NCBI GenBank assembly: GCA_043228905.1
Contig: JBHGNT010000014.1
Location: forward strand, 2,976,001-3,040,000
DNA length: 64,000 nucleotides
Source: Azolla caroliniana
Taxonomy: Eukaryota > Plantae > Polypodiophyta
Direction of reading: 5' to 3'
In this document: piece by piece, positions 1-12,001 of the stretch
Layout: each line of letters begins with the position of its first letter
Position numbering within the stretch: position 1 is the first letter of the stretch
Notes under the pieces: model-generated
The model's input: only the letters and a program-made list of their open reading frames with translations
What the model was told of the DNA's origin: nothing
Database searches by the model: none
Position numbers and translations under genes: made by a program

Positions 1-703
1 TTGCGTGAGTCGGGTGGGAACCACCGGGGTTTTGGACTAGGAGGAGGAAGAATTTGAGACTATTAAGAATATAAATATGTTGTAAGAAAGAGTTATAGCA
101 AACTCGTGAATCCCACGAGTGTATTGTATTAGATTAATCAATATGAATATAAGAATATAAACTTCGGTTGAAAGAGAATGATATAGAATTCTCGTGAATC
201 CCACGAGTATAGTTTATTAATTGGTGTTTTTTAGAAACATATCCAGTTTCCCAAATATTTCACACACAATTACATTGTGCTCCCCATCCTTATGTAGTGA
301 TGAGGAAGTCTTAGTAATCCATGCTTTTTCTCTAACTATAGACCCCATGCTTTTCCTATAGATAGACTATATGCTTTATCTAAAGTGATCATGCTTTTTT
401 TCTAACTTGTGCGTTTTTTATCATGCACGCTAGATGTGTATGTGTAGCTTTTTCTTTTGTTATGCGTTTTTCTAATGTTTATCCTAGCGTGAATTTACCT
501 TTCTATGTGGGACATCTATGCTTTAACACTAATGAAATGCTAGTGCAATGGTAAGACATTACATTATTAACATGGAGGTGCAAGGTTTGAATCTTGCCCT
601 ATACATGTTCCATTTATTTTGCTATTTTCTTCTATTTCTTCATTTTTTATTGAATCTAATACTATATACGTTTTTCACGTAGTGTACAAAATACACTACG
701 ACA
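1..703 (-). repeat. 3' LTR (partial) of gag-only element
   Basis: Copy of 2729-3431, ends ...CTACGACA, adjoins PPT (minus strand GGAGGGGGTGAG). Confidence 0.92.
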
Positions 704-759
704 CTCACCCCCTCCAAACCCGCACATCCTCCGGTATGTGCCGAAGTTGTTGGTGTTTG

Positions 760-2685
760 TTAGTCTCCTCCGTCATCCTCCGTTTGTCCCGCTATGTCAA
801 CTTTGTCTCTCCATTTTGAGTAGACCCATTCTTTCCACCCGAACCATTGTCGCCATCCGATCCACCATATTCTATGTTCGCTTTTTGCATGGCCCGCTTG
901 GTCCTTGTCATCCGCGGTAGTATCTTTTCTTGCCCTCTTTCTTTTCTTCATCAATCTCGACTTCTTTTCGGATTTTCGGTTTAGTCGGATTAGCTTACTT
1001 CCGATTCGGTCTCGTCGGATCGTCTTTCGTTTAGTTCGGCTTCCTTTCCGATTTGTATTCGGTCGATCCGGACTCGGTTGATCGGTTTTTACCGATTCAG
1101 TGCTCTTTCGGGTCGGTTTCTTTTCTTTTCTTTTCGTCCGGATTTGCTTTCTTTTCTTCGTTTTCACCTGCCTTGTCCGGTTCGACTTTCGGCACTTCTT
1201 TCCGTTGTTTGCCACGTAGGTCCTCCGATATGTGCTCGTTGTTCGGTCCTCGTGTGGTTGTAATGCATGCTTCTTTTCTCGCCGTAGCGCGTGCTTCTTT
1301 ATTCGCCGTAGAGCGTGCTCTGTATTATGCGCTTCTCCCGTCGTAGACCCGACCTCCGCATTGTCGCACTTTCTTTTAGATTGGAATTTCGGATGGATCA
1401 TTTTCCATCCGAACCGACTTCCGACTTTACCTTCCTCGCCGCCATCTCCCGTCTCTCCGGTCTCACGTTGGTTCTCGGACACAACCGCCGAAGTCTCTAG
1501 ATATTGTTGGCATGAATCCTCGGTATTACCTTCTTTCGTAGTTTCACCCTTAGCATTCTTCTCGGCTATCTCTTCATCGTATTCGTCGGCTTCGACATTC
1601 GTTTTCTCTCCGCCACCTTCCGTCTCTTCGGTCTCACGTTGCCTTTCGATCGCAACCGCCGGAGTCTCTGGAATCAGTGGTGGGGAAGTCTCGATATGGC
1701 AATCCGCCATTGATTCGTCCATAGCCACCTCCGATTCGATTTCGTCTTTTGTGGCTACCTCCTTAATCACATCCGCTTCACACTCTTTATCTGCATCGAT
1801 TATGCAAACATCTATTATGCTTACCCCTTTTTGACCCGATGTCTCGGGCACTTGTATCCCGAAATTTCCTTCTACACTTGAATTATCGGCCTTATCCTTC
1901 GCCATCGTTCTTTCACAAGACGAGTGGGTGTCTTGTTCCACTCTTTCTCCCGTGGTACCATCATGTTGTATTTCGGCCTTCATATTGGCTTCATCGTTTT
2001 TCCTCAATCGACCATCCTTCATGGGCCATGTCGTTGTTGACGAGATTCTCAGCTTCCTTTCATCATGTCTTCGGCATACCCTTTCGACTTTGGCCCAATC
2101 CTCGGTAAGGCCGTTCGCACCGTCATCATCTTCGAGTTCGATCCCAATGTCCATCCTTTCTTTCCGATCGATCGATCTTACGAACATTAAGACTTTATCT
2201 TCTCCCACCAATCTTCGTTCCCGCTCCGAGAGTCGAGCAAAACGATGCTCGAACTCTAGGAACGCTTGCGTTGCACTTCGGTGAGTCTTCTCCGACGCCA
2301 CCCATTCGTCGAATTCTCGTCGATCTCGTCCCTTCGATCTCTCGTAGTCATATGCCTCTCGTAAAGCTTCTTCAAAGGACTCCCATGTCGAGTTTTGTTG
2401 TTGTATCTTGTGGATTCTCTCTTGTAGTTCGTCCGAGGCCACCCGACTAAAGGATATCACTTGCAATCCTTCCGGTATCCGATATTGCATCATCTCCGCC
2501 TTATATTCACGTAGGTAGCGTGACACACCCTTACCGTTGAATTCCCCGTTTCGTCGCAGAAGCCGCTCTACTGCCGCCTTCATCTCCAACATCGCACGTT
2601 GTTCTTGTAGCATTCTCTCGAACATCATCATCATCATGTTCATCGCCTCTTGTTGATTCTCCATCTCCTTGCCACCCGCCTTCAC
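760..2685 (-). CDS. gag: Gag-like protein with acidic middle and Lys/Arg-rich C-terminus
   Basis: 641-aa ORF; EFNGKGVSRYLREY...FARLS...VLMFVRSID...GLTEDWAKVERVC aligns by eye with the Gag at 49626 (RFDGKDATKYLASY...FARLS...VLLFVKSVD...GLTTDWAAVKKVC). Confidence 0.82.
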   Translation of the reverse strand: MKAGGKEMENQQEAMNMMMMMFERMLQEQRAMLEMKAAVERLLRRNGEFNGKGVSRYLREYKAEMMQYRIPEGLQVISFSRVASDELQERIHKIQQQNSTWESFEEALREAYDYERSKGRDRREFDEWVASEKTHRSATQAFLEFEHRFARLSERERRLVGEDKVLMFVRSIDRKERMDIGIELEDDDGANGLTEDWAKVERVCRRHDERKLRISSTTTWPMKDGRLRKNDEANMKAEIQHDGTTGERVEQDTHSSCERTMAKDKADNSSVEGNFGIQVPETSGQKGVSIIDVCIIDADKECEADVIKEVATKDEIESEVAMDESMADCHIETSPPLIPETPAVAIERQRETEETEGGGEKTNVEADEYDEEIAEKNAKGETTKEGNTEDSCQQYLETSAVVSENQRETGETGDGGEEGKVGSRFGWKMIHPKFQSKRKCDNAEVGSTTGEAHNTEHALRRIKKHALRREKKHALQPHEDRTTSTYRRTYVANNGKKCRKSNRTRQVKTKKRKQIRTKRKEKKPTRKSTESVKTDQPSPDRPNTNRKGSRTKRKTIRRDRIGSKLIRLNRKSEKKSRLMKKRKRARKDTTADDKDQAGHAKSEHRIWWIGWRQWFGWKEWVYSKWRDKVDIAGQTEDDGGD

Positions 2686-2698
2686 GTCGGGTTCACCA
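2682..2698 (-). promoter_or_regulatory. Primer-binding site complementary to tRNA-Trp 3' end
   Basis: Minus strand TGGTGAACCCGACGTGA 4 nt after the LTR; complement of ...UCACGUCGGGUUCACCA, the plant tRNA-Trp 3' end as recalled. Confidence 0.82.
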
Positions 2699-2702
2699 AC
2701 TG

Positions 2703-3431
2703 TGTCGTGCCTTTCGGCTCCGGATCGTTTGCGTGAGTCGGGTGGGAACCACCGGGGTTTTGGACTAGGAGGAGGAAGAATTTGAGACTATTAAGAATAT
2801 AAATATGTTGTAAGAAAGAGTTATAGCAAACTCGTGAATCCCACGAGTGTATTGTATTAGATTAATCAATATGAATATAAGAATATAAACTTCGGTTGAA
2901 AGAGAATGATATAGAATTCTCGTGAATCCCACGAGTATAGTTTATTAATTGGTGTTTTTTAGAAACATATCCAGTTTCCCAAATATTTCACACACAATTA
3001 CATTGTGCTCCCCATCCTTATGTAGTGATGAGGAAGTCTTAGTAATCCATGCTTTTTCTCTAACTATAGACCCCATGCTTTTCCTATAGATAGACTATAT
3101 GCTTTATCTAAAGTGATCATGCTTTTTTTCTAACTTGTGCGTTTTTTATCATGCACGCTAGATGTGTATGTGTAGCTTTTTCTTTTGTTATGCGTTTTTC
3201 TAATGTTTATCCTAGCGTGAATTTACCTTTCTATGTGGGACATCTATGCTTTAACACTAATGAAATTCTAGTGCAATGGTAAGACATTACATTATTAACA
3301 TGGAGGTGCAAGGTTTGAATCTTGCCCTATACATGTTCCATTTATTTTGCTATTTTCTTCTATTTCTTCATTTTTTATTGAATCTAATACTATATACGTT
3401 TTTCACGTAGTGTACAAAATACACTACGACA
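2703..3431 (-). repeat. 5' LTR (729 bp) of gag-only element
   Basis: TGTCGT...ACGACA termini, PBS adjacent. Confidence 0.92.
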
Positions 3432-5058
3432 CCGGTTCTGGTTGCTTCCTTGTTGTCCCGACCGGCTCGGTGACAGCTTGTGCTTGTTGGATTCCTTCCC
3501 TTGCCTGCAACAGCTCCCCTTGCATTTCCTCGATCTGTGTTCGGAGCGCGACCAACTCCTGAGTTGTTGTATGCGTCAGCTGTTGCCGACACGTTTCTTC
3601 TTTCTCTAACTGGTCCGCTACTCCCGATAACTGCTCCGAAAGCCATCTCAGCCATTGTGGCTTTGTTCTTCCGATTTCGGGGTGGCCTTGCTCACTTAAG
3701 CCAGGCTGATTTTCCGGCCTCTTCTCTGGCTCCGGCTCTAGCGCTCGTTCCTTCTTCTTCTTTGGGATGACCGGTTTTCTGAAGTCCGGCCCAACCGGTG
3801 TCGGTGCTGCTTCCCTGGGTATGGGTTCCGGTGCTGTTTCCGCCTCGGCTACTGGAGATGGTCCTTGCGCCCTCTGCTGAGTTCTGTCCACTGGTGGAGC
3901 CGGTCCCTTCGCCCGTTTCTCCCGACCTTGTCTTGCTGGGAGTCTTACCAGTGGTTTAGATGAGTCTTCTGTTTCAGTTTCCTCCTCCGGTGCGGTTACC
4001 AGACGGACCTTGTGTATAAAGTCCTCTGGTTCCGGTTCCGGCCGTCGCAGCGTTATATGGATTGGTTTGCGCGCTACCGGTTCTTCCTTGGCCGCTTTCC
4101 CTTTGCCTTTACCTGCCGGTTTTGCCTTTGTTGCCTGTTCCTGTTGCTGTCGGGATGGTCCTTCCCCCTGCTGTTCTGCTTCTTGCGGGGTCCATCCGGG
4201 GGTGTGTTTCTCCAAGATCTGCCGGCGCTTTGTGACCTTTTTCGGCGTCGTCTCCTGCCGACCTCTTTTCTTTTGTGGGATGGGGAGTACCGGTGGGACT
4301 AACACCGTTAGCCATTGTGCTATCCCGGCCCATGGCTTTTTTCCTTCCACCAGATTTTTGATGGCCTCCTTCAATCCTTCGGTTATGAAATGGAGCCAGT
4401 CTATTTGTAAGCCCTCGTACGCTGCTATCAAGAATGCTGCCCGATACTTGGCTATGGCTGGGGGACGGGGATTCACGAATCCGTATTCCATCATAGCGCG
4501 GGCCACTTCTCCGAACAGCAGGTTCTCTCCGCCCTGCGTTCGGTACGCCTTGCTGCTGATAGAGTATTCCCCGAAATATTCGAACAGGATTTCACTGGAA
4601 GGGTTTTCGATTGTTTGCAGTCCTCCTGCTTTGATCCCCGTGAGTGCCTGCACCGCTCCTTCCGTGACTTCTGATATATCGATCGATGTTGCCGCCTGCT
4701 CTGGTTCTGCGTGTGGTGGAGCGTCGGCGATCCGCAGCAAGCCTTTTAACCCGTTCTCCCTCATCCATTGGCGTGCCTCTTCCGACAGTACCATTGCTTC
4801 GAATTCTTCGTCTGCTGCCTGGTGTTCGGGATCGCGCTGTGTGTGCTCTGTGCGTCGGGTCGCTCTTCGGTGCTTCTGCGCCTGTATGTAGGAAAATTCG
4901 TAAAACGTGAGCCCTTCGCAGGCCTGTGTCTTATATAGTGCGTTGTGCCCCAAGCCGTCCTTTTTCGTTTCCCGCGCATGTTCCTCTCCCGCCATAATTA
5001 GTATGTCCTTTCTTGTTTGCCGCGTGTGAGTGCCCACGTTCCCTGCTTTAAATAGCAA
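3432..5058 (-). CDS. TE-associated accessory ORF of unknown function, 3'-truncated by the LTR insertion
   Basis: 544-aa ORF with a globular N-half (AAYEGLQIDWLHFITEGLKEAI), Pro/Glu/Lys-rich linker and coiled-coil tail; runs into the LTR at 3431. Confidence 0.55.
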
Positions 5059-5170
5059 GTCCGCACACGTCCTTCTTTAATGCATGGCGCCTCTTCGTTG
5101 CATGGTGGCGCTCCCACCTCTTGTGATCTCCCCATCATTACGATGATTCGCGTCGATTCTGCCCACGTCA

Positions 5171-5177
<7 letters not shown>

Positions 5178-5211
<34 letters not shown>
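5178..5211. repeat. Poly(T)34 tract
   Basis: Seen directly. Confidence 0.95.
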
Positions 5212-5212
<1 letters not shown>

Positions 5213-5226
5213 AGAAACCTTACGAG

Positions 5227-6179
5227 TGAGTTTCGGTTTGACAGGAGCACCCGGAACATTCTATAGGCTCGGAAAATTGCAACCTTTAACCAACCTCTCT
5301 GTGAGTTTTGTACAGGGATACACTAATAAGTGTTCATTAGCAGCCAATGTCTTGATTGAAGCGGGAGAATGGAAGGGGCGAACACCTTTTCTAGCGGTTG
5401 ACATGGATGGGTGCGAGGTGATCTTAGGGCTAGAATGGGTGGATAAGTACGTCATCAACCAATTCGGGAAAAAGGTAGATAAGGTGTTACTAGATAATGA
5501 AGATGGGAAGGGAGGCATCATTGTAAACATGCATAGGAGAAATGCAAAGGCAAAGGCGACAACCGTGACCGCAAAACTTTGCACGGGAAAGGTGGCAAAT
5601 CGAGTCTTAAAGAAGGGCGGCCAACTCTTTCTTTGCACGGCCCTGCAAGCATCAACAACAGTGAGGAAGGAAGAACTAAGGGCAGAAAATATGAAGGAAA
5701 TATTAGAGCAATACAAGGATGTCTTAACAGCGGAGCTACCCAAAACTCTTCCGCCACAAAGGTCAATCGATCATAAAATCCCAACCATTCCCGGAAGCAT
5801 ACCACCTGTAAAAGCTCCTTACCGAATGAATGCTACTCAATTAGCAGAGCTAAAACAACAATTACAAGAATTAGAAGCATGTGGGTTCATCAGACCAAGC
5901 CAATCACCTTACGGTGCGCCCGTCATTTTTGTGGCAAAGAAGGATGGGACATTGCGCATGTGCATGGATTACAGGTCTCTCAACAAAATCACCATAAAAA
6001 AGAAATACCCATTACCTTTGATTTCCGACCTCTTGGATCAACTACAAGGAGCCTGTTATTTCTCTCGCATAGATCTCAGATCAGGGTATCATCAAATCCG
6101 CGTAGCTATGGAGGATATTGAGAAGACAACATTTAGGACGAGATATGGTAGTTTTGAATGGCTGGTGATGAGTTTCGGT
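5227..6179 (+). pseudogene. pol: Circularly permuted gypsy protease-RT fragment
   Basis: [45 protein letters not shown] motifs; starts [14 protein letters not shown] and ends EWLVMSFG; bounded by 11-bp direct repeat TGAGTTTCGGT. Confidence 0.85.
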
Positions 6180-8157
6180 CAGAAGAGCAAGGACAAGGAC
6201 AAGTGGTGAAGAGCAAGGACAAGTGGGAAGGCGGAATCGGATCGGATAATAGGAAGTAATAGTAGAATTATTATTCGGAGGGACGGATTCGGTACAGTTG
6301 TACCGATCCGGATCCGAACCGATTCGGATGTCGGTTGCCTAAGCGCACCGATTGTAACCTTGCCGGATGCCTATAAAAGGATCTGATGATTTGTAAAGGT
6401 TTTTTGACGGAAGTAATACAATAGTAATTATTGTGTATTTATCTGTATCTCGTATTGTTTGCCGTCCGTGCTTAATCGTAATCATCTTATGCGTGTAACC
6501 TAGCATCCAATCCTTACCACCCCTTTGGAGAAGTGTCGGGTAGACACCTGTGTTGAGGCTAGTCCAGCCAGACAGACAACACTATTTTGGCGACCACGAT
6601 TCCTGCAAAGTGCAGAGGACAACCGGGGGATGGATGTCTAGACCAAACGACGACCACATCACCGAACGAGGGAGACGATACACCGAACGCGAGCAACGAC
6701 GGGAAGCCCTGCAGCAAGCCGTCGACGAGATCCGGCGGGATCGGTCATTCTCCAAAACTCTTCGGAGAGTCGCAGAAGAAGCACTGCAGTTCCAGGTTCT
6801 GCAAATCCCCGACGAAGGCAGTAGCATAACAAGCCTGCAAGAGGCGGAAACGATACTGCAGACGCTCGCCGCGGGCGACGGGGACTCGGAAGCATTCGCA
6901 ACACTTGAGGCGGAGTCGGAAAGCGACGGAAGCGTTGCATCCCGGTATAAAAGCAGCCACGACACACCAAACGACCGGGAGGACGAGGGGTTGGAAAACT
7001 CAGTAACACCGGCGCCAGAGGAAGAAATAACCCTGGAATTCGGTGACCGGCAACCGCCGAGGAAGGCTGACCGGATACCGACAACACCCGCGGAGGAACC
7101 AACGGACCGGACACCGGCAACACCCGCGGAGGAACCAAAGGTTCTCACACCAACGCCAACAACGGACAAAGAACGGAGGGAACAGGAGAGTCAGTTGGAC
7201 GACACGATGCCGTACCCATACCCAAAGTACCGGGATGAGGCCGACGCGGAGGCACACGTGTACGCATTCCTCCAAACATGGGAAGCCAACCATATCTCCC
7301 AAAGACTGACGGAGCCCGAAGCCGAACGATCCAAAATCGCCGAATTCGGCATAACCTTAGAAGGACCGACGGCCCAATGGCACGCAAAGCACTTACCAGG
7401 CACCTTTGCCACATTCGATGCCTTGAAGGCCAGATTCCTCAGGTTTTTTCACAGACAATTTGAGCAAAGGGAATTGGTCGGGCAGTTCTATACCACCCGG
7501 TAGGAGCAGAACGAGACTATGCCACAATTCATCATTCGGTTCCAGACCCTGCACAGCCAACTGACAAGAGCACCACCCGAAGACGAAGCCAAAGCAGTCT
7601 TTCTGGCCGCACTGAAAGAGCCACTTCGAACAATGTGCAGAGTCCTTGATTTCCAAACCAGCACAATGGACCAAGTTATTGATCGGGTTTTAGAAATGGA
7701 CAAGACTAGCCCCTTCTTGTCGATGGGGATGTTACACCGGGCACTCCCAAAAGAGGAAGACCTGAGGTTCCGACAGGCCTTACAATGTACGACATGCCTA
7801 AATTCGGGGCACTCAACAGTAGACTGCACCCTGCGGACACAATGTGTGATCTGCAACTCTCGAGCCCATACAACGGACCGATGCGAATACAACCTGCTAA
7901 ATCGGCAGGCAGCACCGGTTCGACACATAGAACCACGCAATCAGAACCCGGACGAGGATCGATTCCGAAGAGACGACCGCTACCAACGCGAACGCGGTAA
8001 CAGATACGTTGATAAAAGACGCGACAACTATGACCGAGAGGAGAGACGCAGAGATAGCTACCCCCGGGACCGGTACGTCAGAGACGAGTCCCCGGAAGAC
8101 GACAGACAGACAGGAGGAAGAGAAGAGAGAAGAAGACAAATACAGAAGGGAAGGTAA
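6180..8157 (+). mobile_element. gag: Truncated gypsy (Tat/Athila-like): LTR remainder to 6581, PBS, gag with one internal stop
   Basis: TATAAAA near 6372, LTR end ...GACAACA at 6581, PBS TGGCGACCAC 6588-6597 (tRNA-Arg-like), gag motifs (FDALKARFLRFF), two CCHC knuckles (CTTCLNSGHSTVDC, CVICNSRAHTTDRC), TAG at 7501-7503. Confidence 0.75.
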
Positions 8158-8159
8158 AA

Positions 8160-8990
8160 ATGACCTAAAAGCAAAAGAGAGGGAAAAAGATAAAATAGGG
8201 GTATGAGACAAATTTTGAAACCCTGAGGGTATCGAATAAAATTTCAAAAACTAGAGCGTACATAATTAAAATTTTAAAAATCAAAGGGCACCTACGAAAT
8301 TTCGAAAACTCATCAACCTAAAAGAAATGGATGTGATTGACACACAACTCACAAAATCAACAAAAGGAAGATACACATACACACAACGTTTTTGGACCCA
8401 TGATATCAATGTTCGTGAACCGACAGAACGAGAATGTTCGTGTCGATGAAGTCGCTGACCGAAGGAGATATTCGAGTCAAGCGCTCTGATCGAGGGAGTC
8501 GATCGTTGAGAAGACCGATGGGAGTTCTGGTCGAAGAAATATCATCATCAAGGCATGTGGGATTGGCGTGCAAGGCACTTTCCCACGGGCGTGCCATATT
8601 GTGTTACCCCGTACGAGATGTACGGAGAGTCAAGTGTGATGAGTGAGGGTCGAATGTTATCATGATTTTGTGTGTGTAGGGGGCATAAATGTAATTGTGA
8701 GTCGATACGTATGTGAACACATGCACACGTGTGTGCATGTGGATGGATATGAGGAGGTGTGAGTGAGTGTCCAGTATGAATGCTCTAGGGGGCTTACATC
8801 CCTTTGCATCTACCCCCTCTTGTACTATTTAACCCCTTATGGGGAATGAATGAAATATGAAATGAATCATTTCTCTCTATCTATCTCTCTTTTCATCTCT
8901 CTCTCTCTCTCTTCCCTCCCCTTAACGTTGAACCCCCTTGGGAGGGGGGTGGAGCCATTCTAGGCACCACCCCCCACCCCCCACCCCGCA
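8160..8990. repeat. Unclassified non-coding dispersed repeat; a second copy is split over ~13110-13633, 15651-15855 and 21206-21405
   Basis: Shared blocks GGCATGTGGG..CGTGCAAGGCACT.TCCCA.GGGC.TGCCATAT and (CT)n...GGGGTGGAGC.ATTCT. Confidence 0.55.
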
Positions 8991-9089
8991 ATGCTTCTCA
9001 ATGCACATGATCTCTCTCGCCATCAATCCCATACTCTCCATCATCATCATAACCACCATGTCTATCTTTATCATGATTATCATCGTCCT

Positions 9090-12001
9090 TAACCCTAGCC
9101 CTAAAACATACAACAGTATGAGGCAAAATAAGCTTTGAGTAGGCTTGTATAAACTTGCGGTAGAAATTTGCGAAGCCAAAAAAACATTGCACATCTTGCA
9201 AAGAACATGGAGTCTGCCACTCTACCACAATTTTGACCTTAGCTAGATCCATAGAGATGCCTTCTGAGGAGAGGACATAGCCTAGAAATTCGTCCTACTT
9301 GCACTCAAAACTACATTTTTCTAGTTTTGCATAAAGACCATGTTCTCGAAGTCATTTTAGTAGTAATAGTACATGAGAATTGTGCTCTTCTTGAGTCTTT
9401 AAATAAATTAGTAGATCATCGAAATAGATGATCAAACAGATATCCAAGAGATCTCGAAATATATCATTTGCCATGTGATGCAAGACTGCTAGCACATTGG
9501 TGAGACCGAATGGCATAACCGTATATTCGAAGTGCCCATATCGGATGCGAAAAGCAGTCTTCCATTCATCTCTCGGTCGGATCTGTACAAGGTTATATGC
9601 TCCTCGTAAGTCGATCTTTGTGAAGAACTTTGCACCATTAATCCATTCTAAAAGACTCAAGATAAGGGGAAGAGCATACTTGATGGTGACCTTATTCAAG
9701 CCATGGTAATCCACGACAAGATGAAGTGAACCATCCTTCTTCTTGACAAAGAAAATGGATGCGTCGGCTGGAGATTTTGAATGTCGAACGAACCCGTTTG
9801 CCAAATTCTCCTCTATGTAGACTCGAATGACTTCTATCTCGGTTGGTGACAAGTTGTAGATCGGTCCCCATGGTGGCTCTTTTCCTGGTTGTACATCAAT
9901 GGGACAATCATACGGTCGATGGTGAGGAAGAGTAATGGCTTGTACCTTATCAAACACGTCGACATAATGACGATACTTCTTTGGAAGTTGAACTATGGAT
10001 TCCTCTTTAGTGGTGTTGGAAGGTTTTACTGATACTGCGAATACAAACATTGATTCCTTGCGTCCTTATGCAATTGATGTAGCGAAATGGTTGAAATTCG
10101 ATGAGTAGATCCTTGGGTTTGTCGATACAAGATTTCCCTTATTCTCCAATCTATGTTTGGGTTATGTTACTCGAACCATGGTAACCCCAAGACAATTGGA
10201 TGCTCTGGACTACTAATTATATTAAATGATACTGCACACACCAAATTATCTAGCACAACCTGAATCGGCTCTAACTCTTCTACAATATTTCCGGAAGCAA
10301 TGGGGCGACCATCAATGACTATTACAGATGCTGGGCAAGGAAACTTTCTTAGTGTTATCTGATGAGCTTGGGCAAAATTCCTATCCATGGAGCAAGAATT
10401 GGCTCCAGAATCTATGAGTGCTAAGACATGTACTAGAGGGGCACTTTGAGAACTAATTGTTACTTGAGCTAAGAACACATTGCTAACTTGCTTAGAGGGA
10501 ATGGAACCACTAATGGGTTGCACAGATCTAGGGCTGTCCAACCAAACGGCTCCTATTTTGGCGAGACTTAGTCGTTTAACTCTTCTTCTAACTGACTAAG
10601 GACTTCAAATTTGTTCGATACACTTGGGCTATTAGTACTATCAGGACTATCAAACACTCCTATTGAAATAGACTCGGGTTTAGTACAAGCTACTATTTGA
10701 TTTACCTGTCTTCTTGGCCTATGTAGACAGTTTACTGCGATATGCCTTGGTCCTCCGCAATAAAGACATAATCAATTTGCTTGGCCTCGTTGCTTTTCTT
10801 CTTCTGACAATGGTCCACGACAACGTGTGGTGTCGATTTCCATCGGTGTTGGAGTATTTGCAGGAGATGTGTTATATGATTCCCTTGCAAATGGTTTTGC
10901 TACGACCGAGGTGTATGTGGGTTCTGACTTGGTCCTTGGCATTTGTAACTAGCGTTTTGAACATCGTTCAAAAATCCGGTTATCGCATCGTACCGCTCGA
11001 CTGATTGCCTCTGTGAGTGATTTTGGTTATTCGGGGAAAAAGTCAGGAGTAAGTCTTTGACATCATTTCGTAGGCCGTATCGAAATTGCTCCATCAATGC
11101 TTGATCATCCCAAGGGATGTCGGAAGTGAGTAGACGGAAATCTGCAACGTAAGCAGGGACTAGATGATCACCTTGACGTAATCGTCGGATTTTGTTGAAT
11201 TCCGTCCTTATGCTATCAATATCTCCAAAACAGGCTTTAAACTCGCTTATAAACTCTTTAAAATTATTTAGTAATGGAGATATTTTTTCTAACAACGGAG
11301 CGAACCATGCCAAAGCTGAGCCGTTCAGCAATGTGCCTACTAGACCCACTCGTGATGCATTGGTGGGCCGTTCAGCAACGTGCCTACTAGACCCACTCAT
11401 GATGCATTGGTGGAATATCGAGAAGGATGCATTTGAATGACTAATTGTACCTGATTAAGGAATCCTTTGAACTACGATCATGTTCCATCTAATTTTATAG
11501 GAAGGACGATCTTTGGCTCTTTATGAATCCCTTGAGTACATGGTCCTTGTTGTTGCAATGCTACAATGGTTGCGTCAAGTTGTTGCACACGTAACACTAG
11601 CTCCCCATGTTGTTGTTGCTCCTCTTTGAACACTCCTCTTTCAGCTTAAGACTGGATACAATATAGGCGATGAGAGCTTAAGACTAGTGTTGATTAGAAT
11701 TGATTTGAGAATACATGTATGCCCCTATTTATAGGTTTCTATAGAAGAGCCTCTAGGATGTTCTAGGATTTCTATAATGTTCTAGAATGTTCTAGATCTA
11801 GAATATTCTAAGATGTTCTAGGATATTCTAGAATGTTCTAGAATGTTCCAGAGTATTTACAATAAATCATTGTATTACAAGAAGTAGCTTTTATTATCTC
11901 ATATGATCATAGGCTATCTTAATAGTTGGGTTCTTGATTATGTATTACAAGGTCTTGGGTTTAAGCCCAAGTGAAGCCATGATGTTTATGTATTCATGAC
12001 A
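9090..12001 (-). mobile_element. Degenerate Tcn1-like chromovirus fragment (partial LTR, gag, protease, RT)
   Basis: ALIDSGA protease, KIDLRGAYNLV/YFDDLL RT; LTR ~11660-12001 similar to LTRs at 57512/62376, ends CATGACA. Confidence 0.85.

Larger units (their letters stand above)
1..3431 (-). mobile_element. Non-autonomous gag-only LTR retrotransposon of the Trp-primed gypsy lineage; 3' LTR cut by the window edge
   Basis: Direct repeats 1-703 and 2729-3431 with only one mismatch noticed; full LTR 2703-3431 has TGTCGT...ACGACA ends; PBS 2682-2698; PPT 704-715; single gag-like ORF and no pol. Confidence 0.9.

Noticed and set aside
541-597. Functional tRNA genes at the A/B-box modules
   Set aside because: No convincing acceptor or anticodon stems; reported only as tRNA-like promoter modules
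5178-5211. Poly(A) tail of a minus-strand LINE or SINE
   Set aside because: No LINE/SINE body or TSD is recognisable next to it
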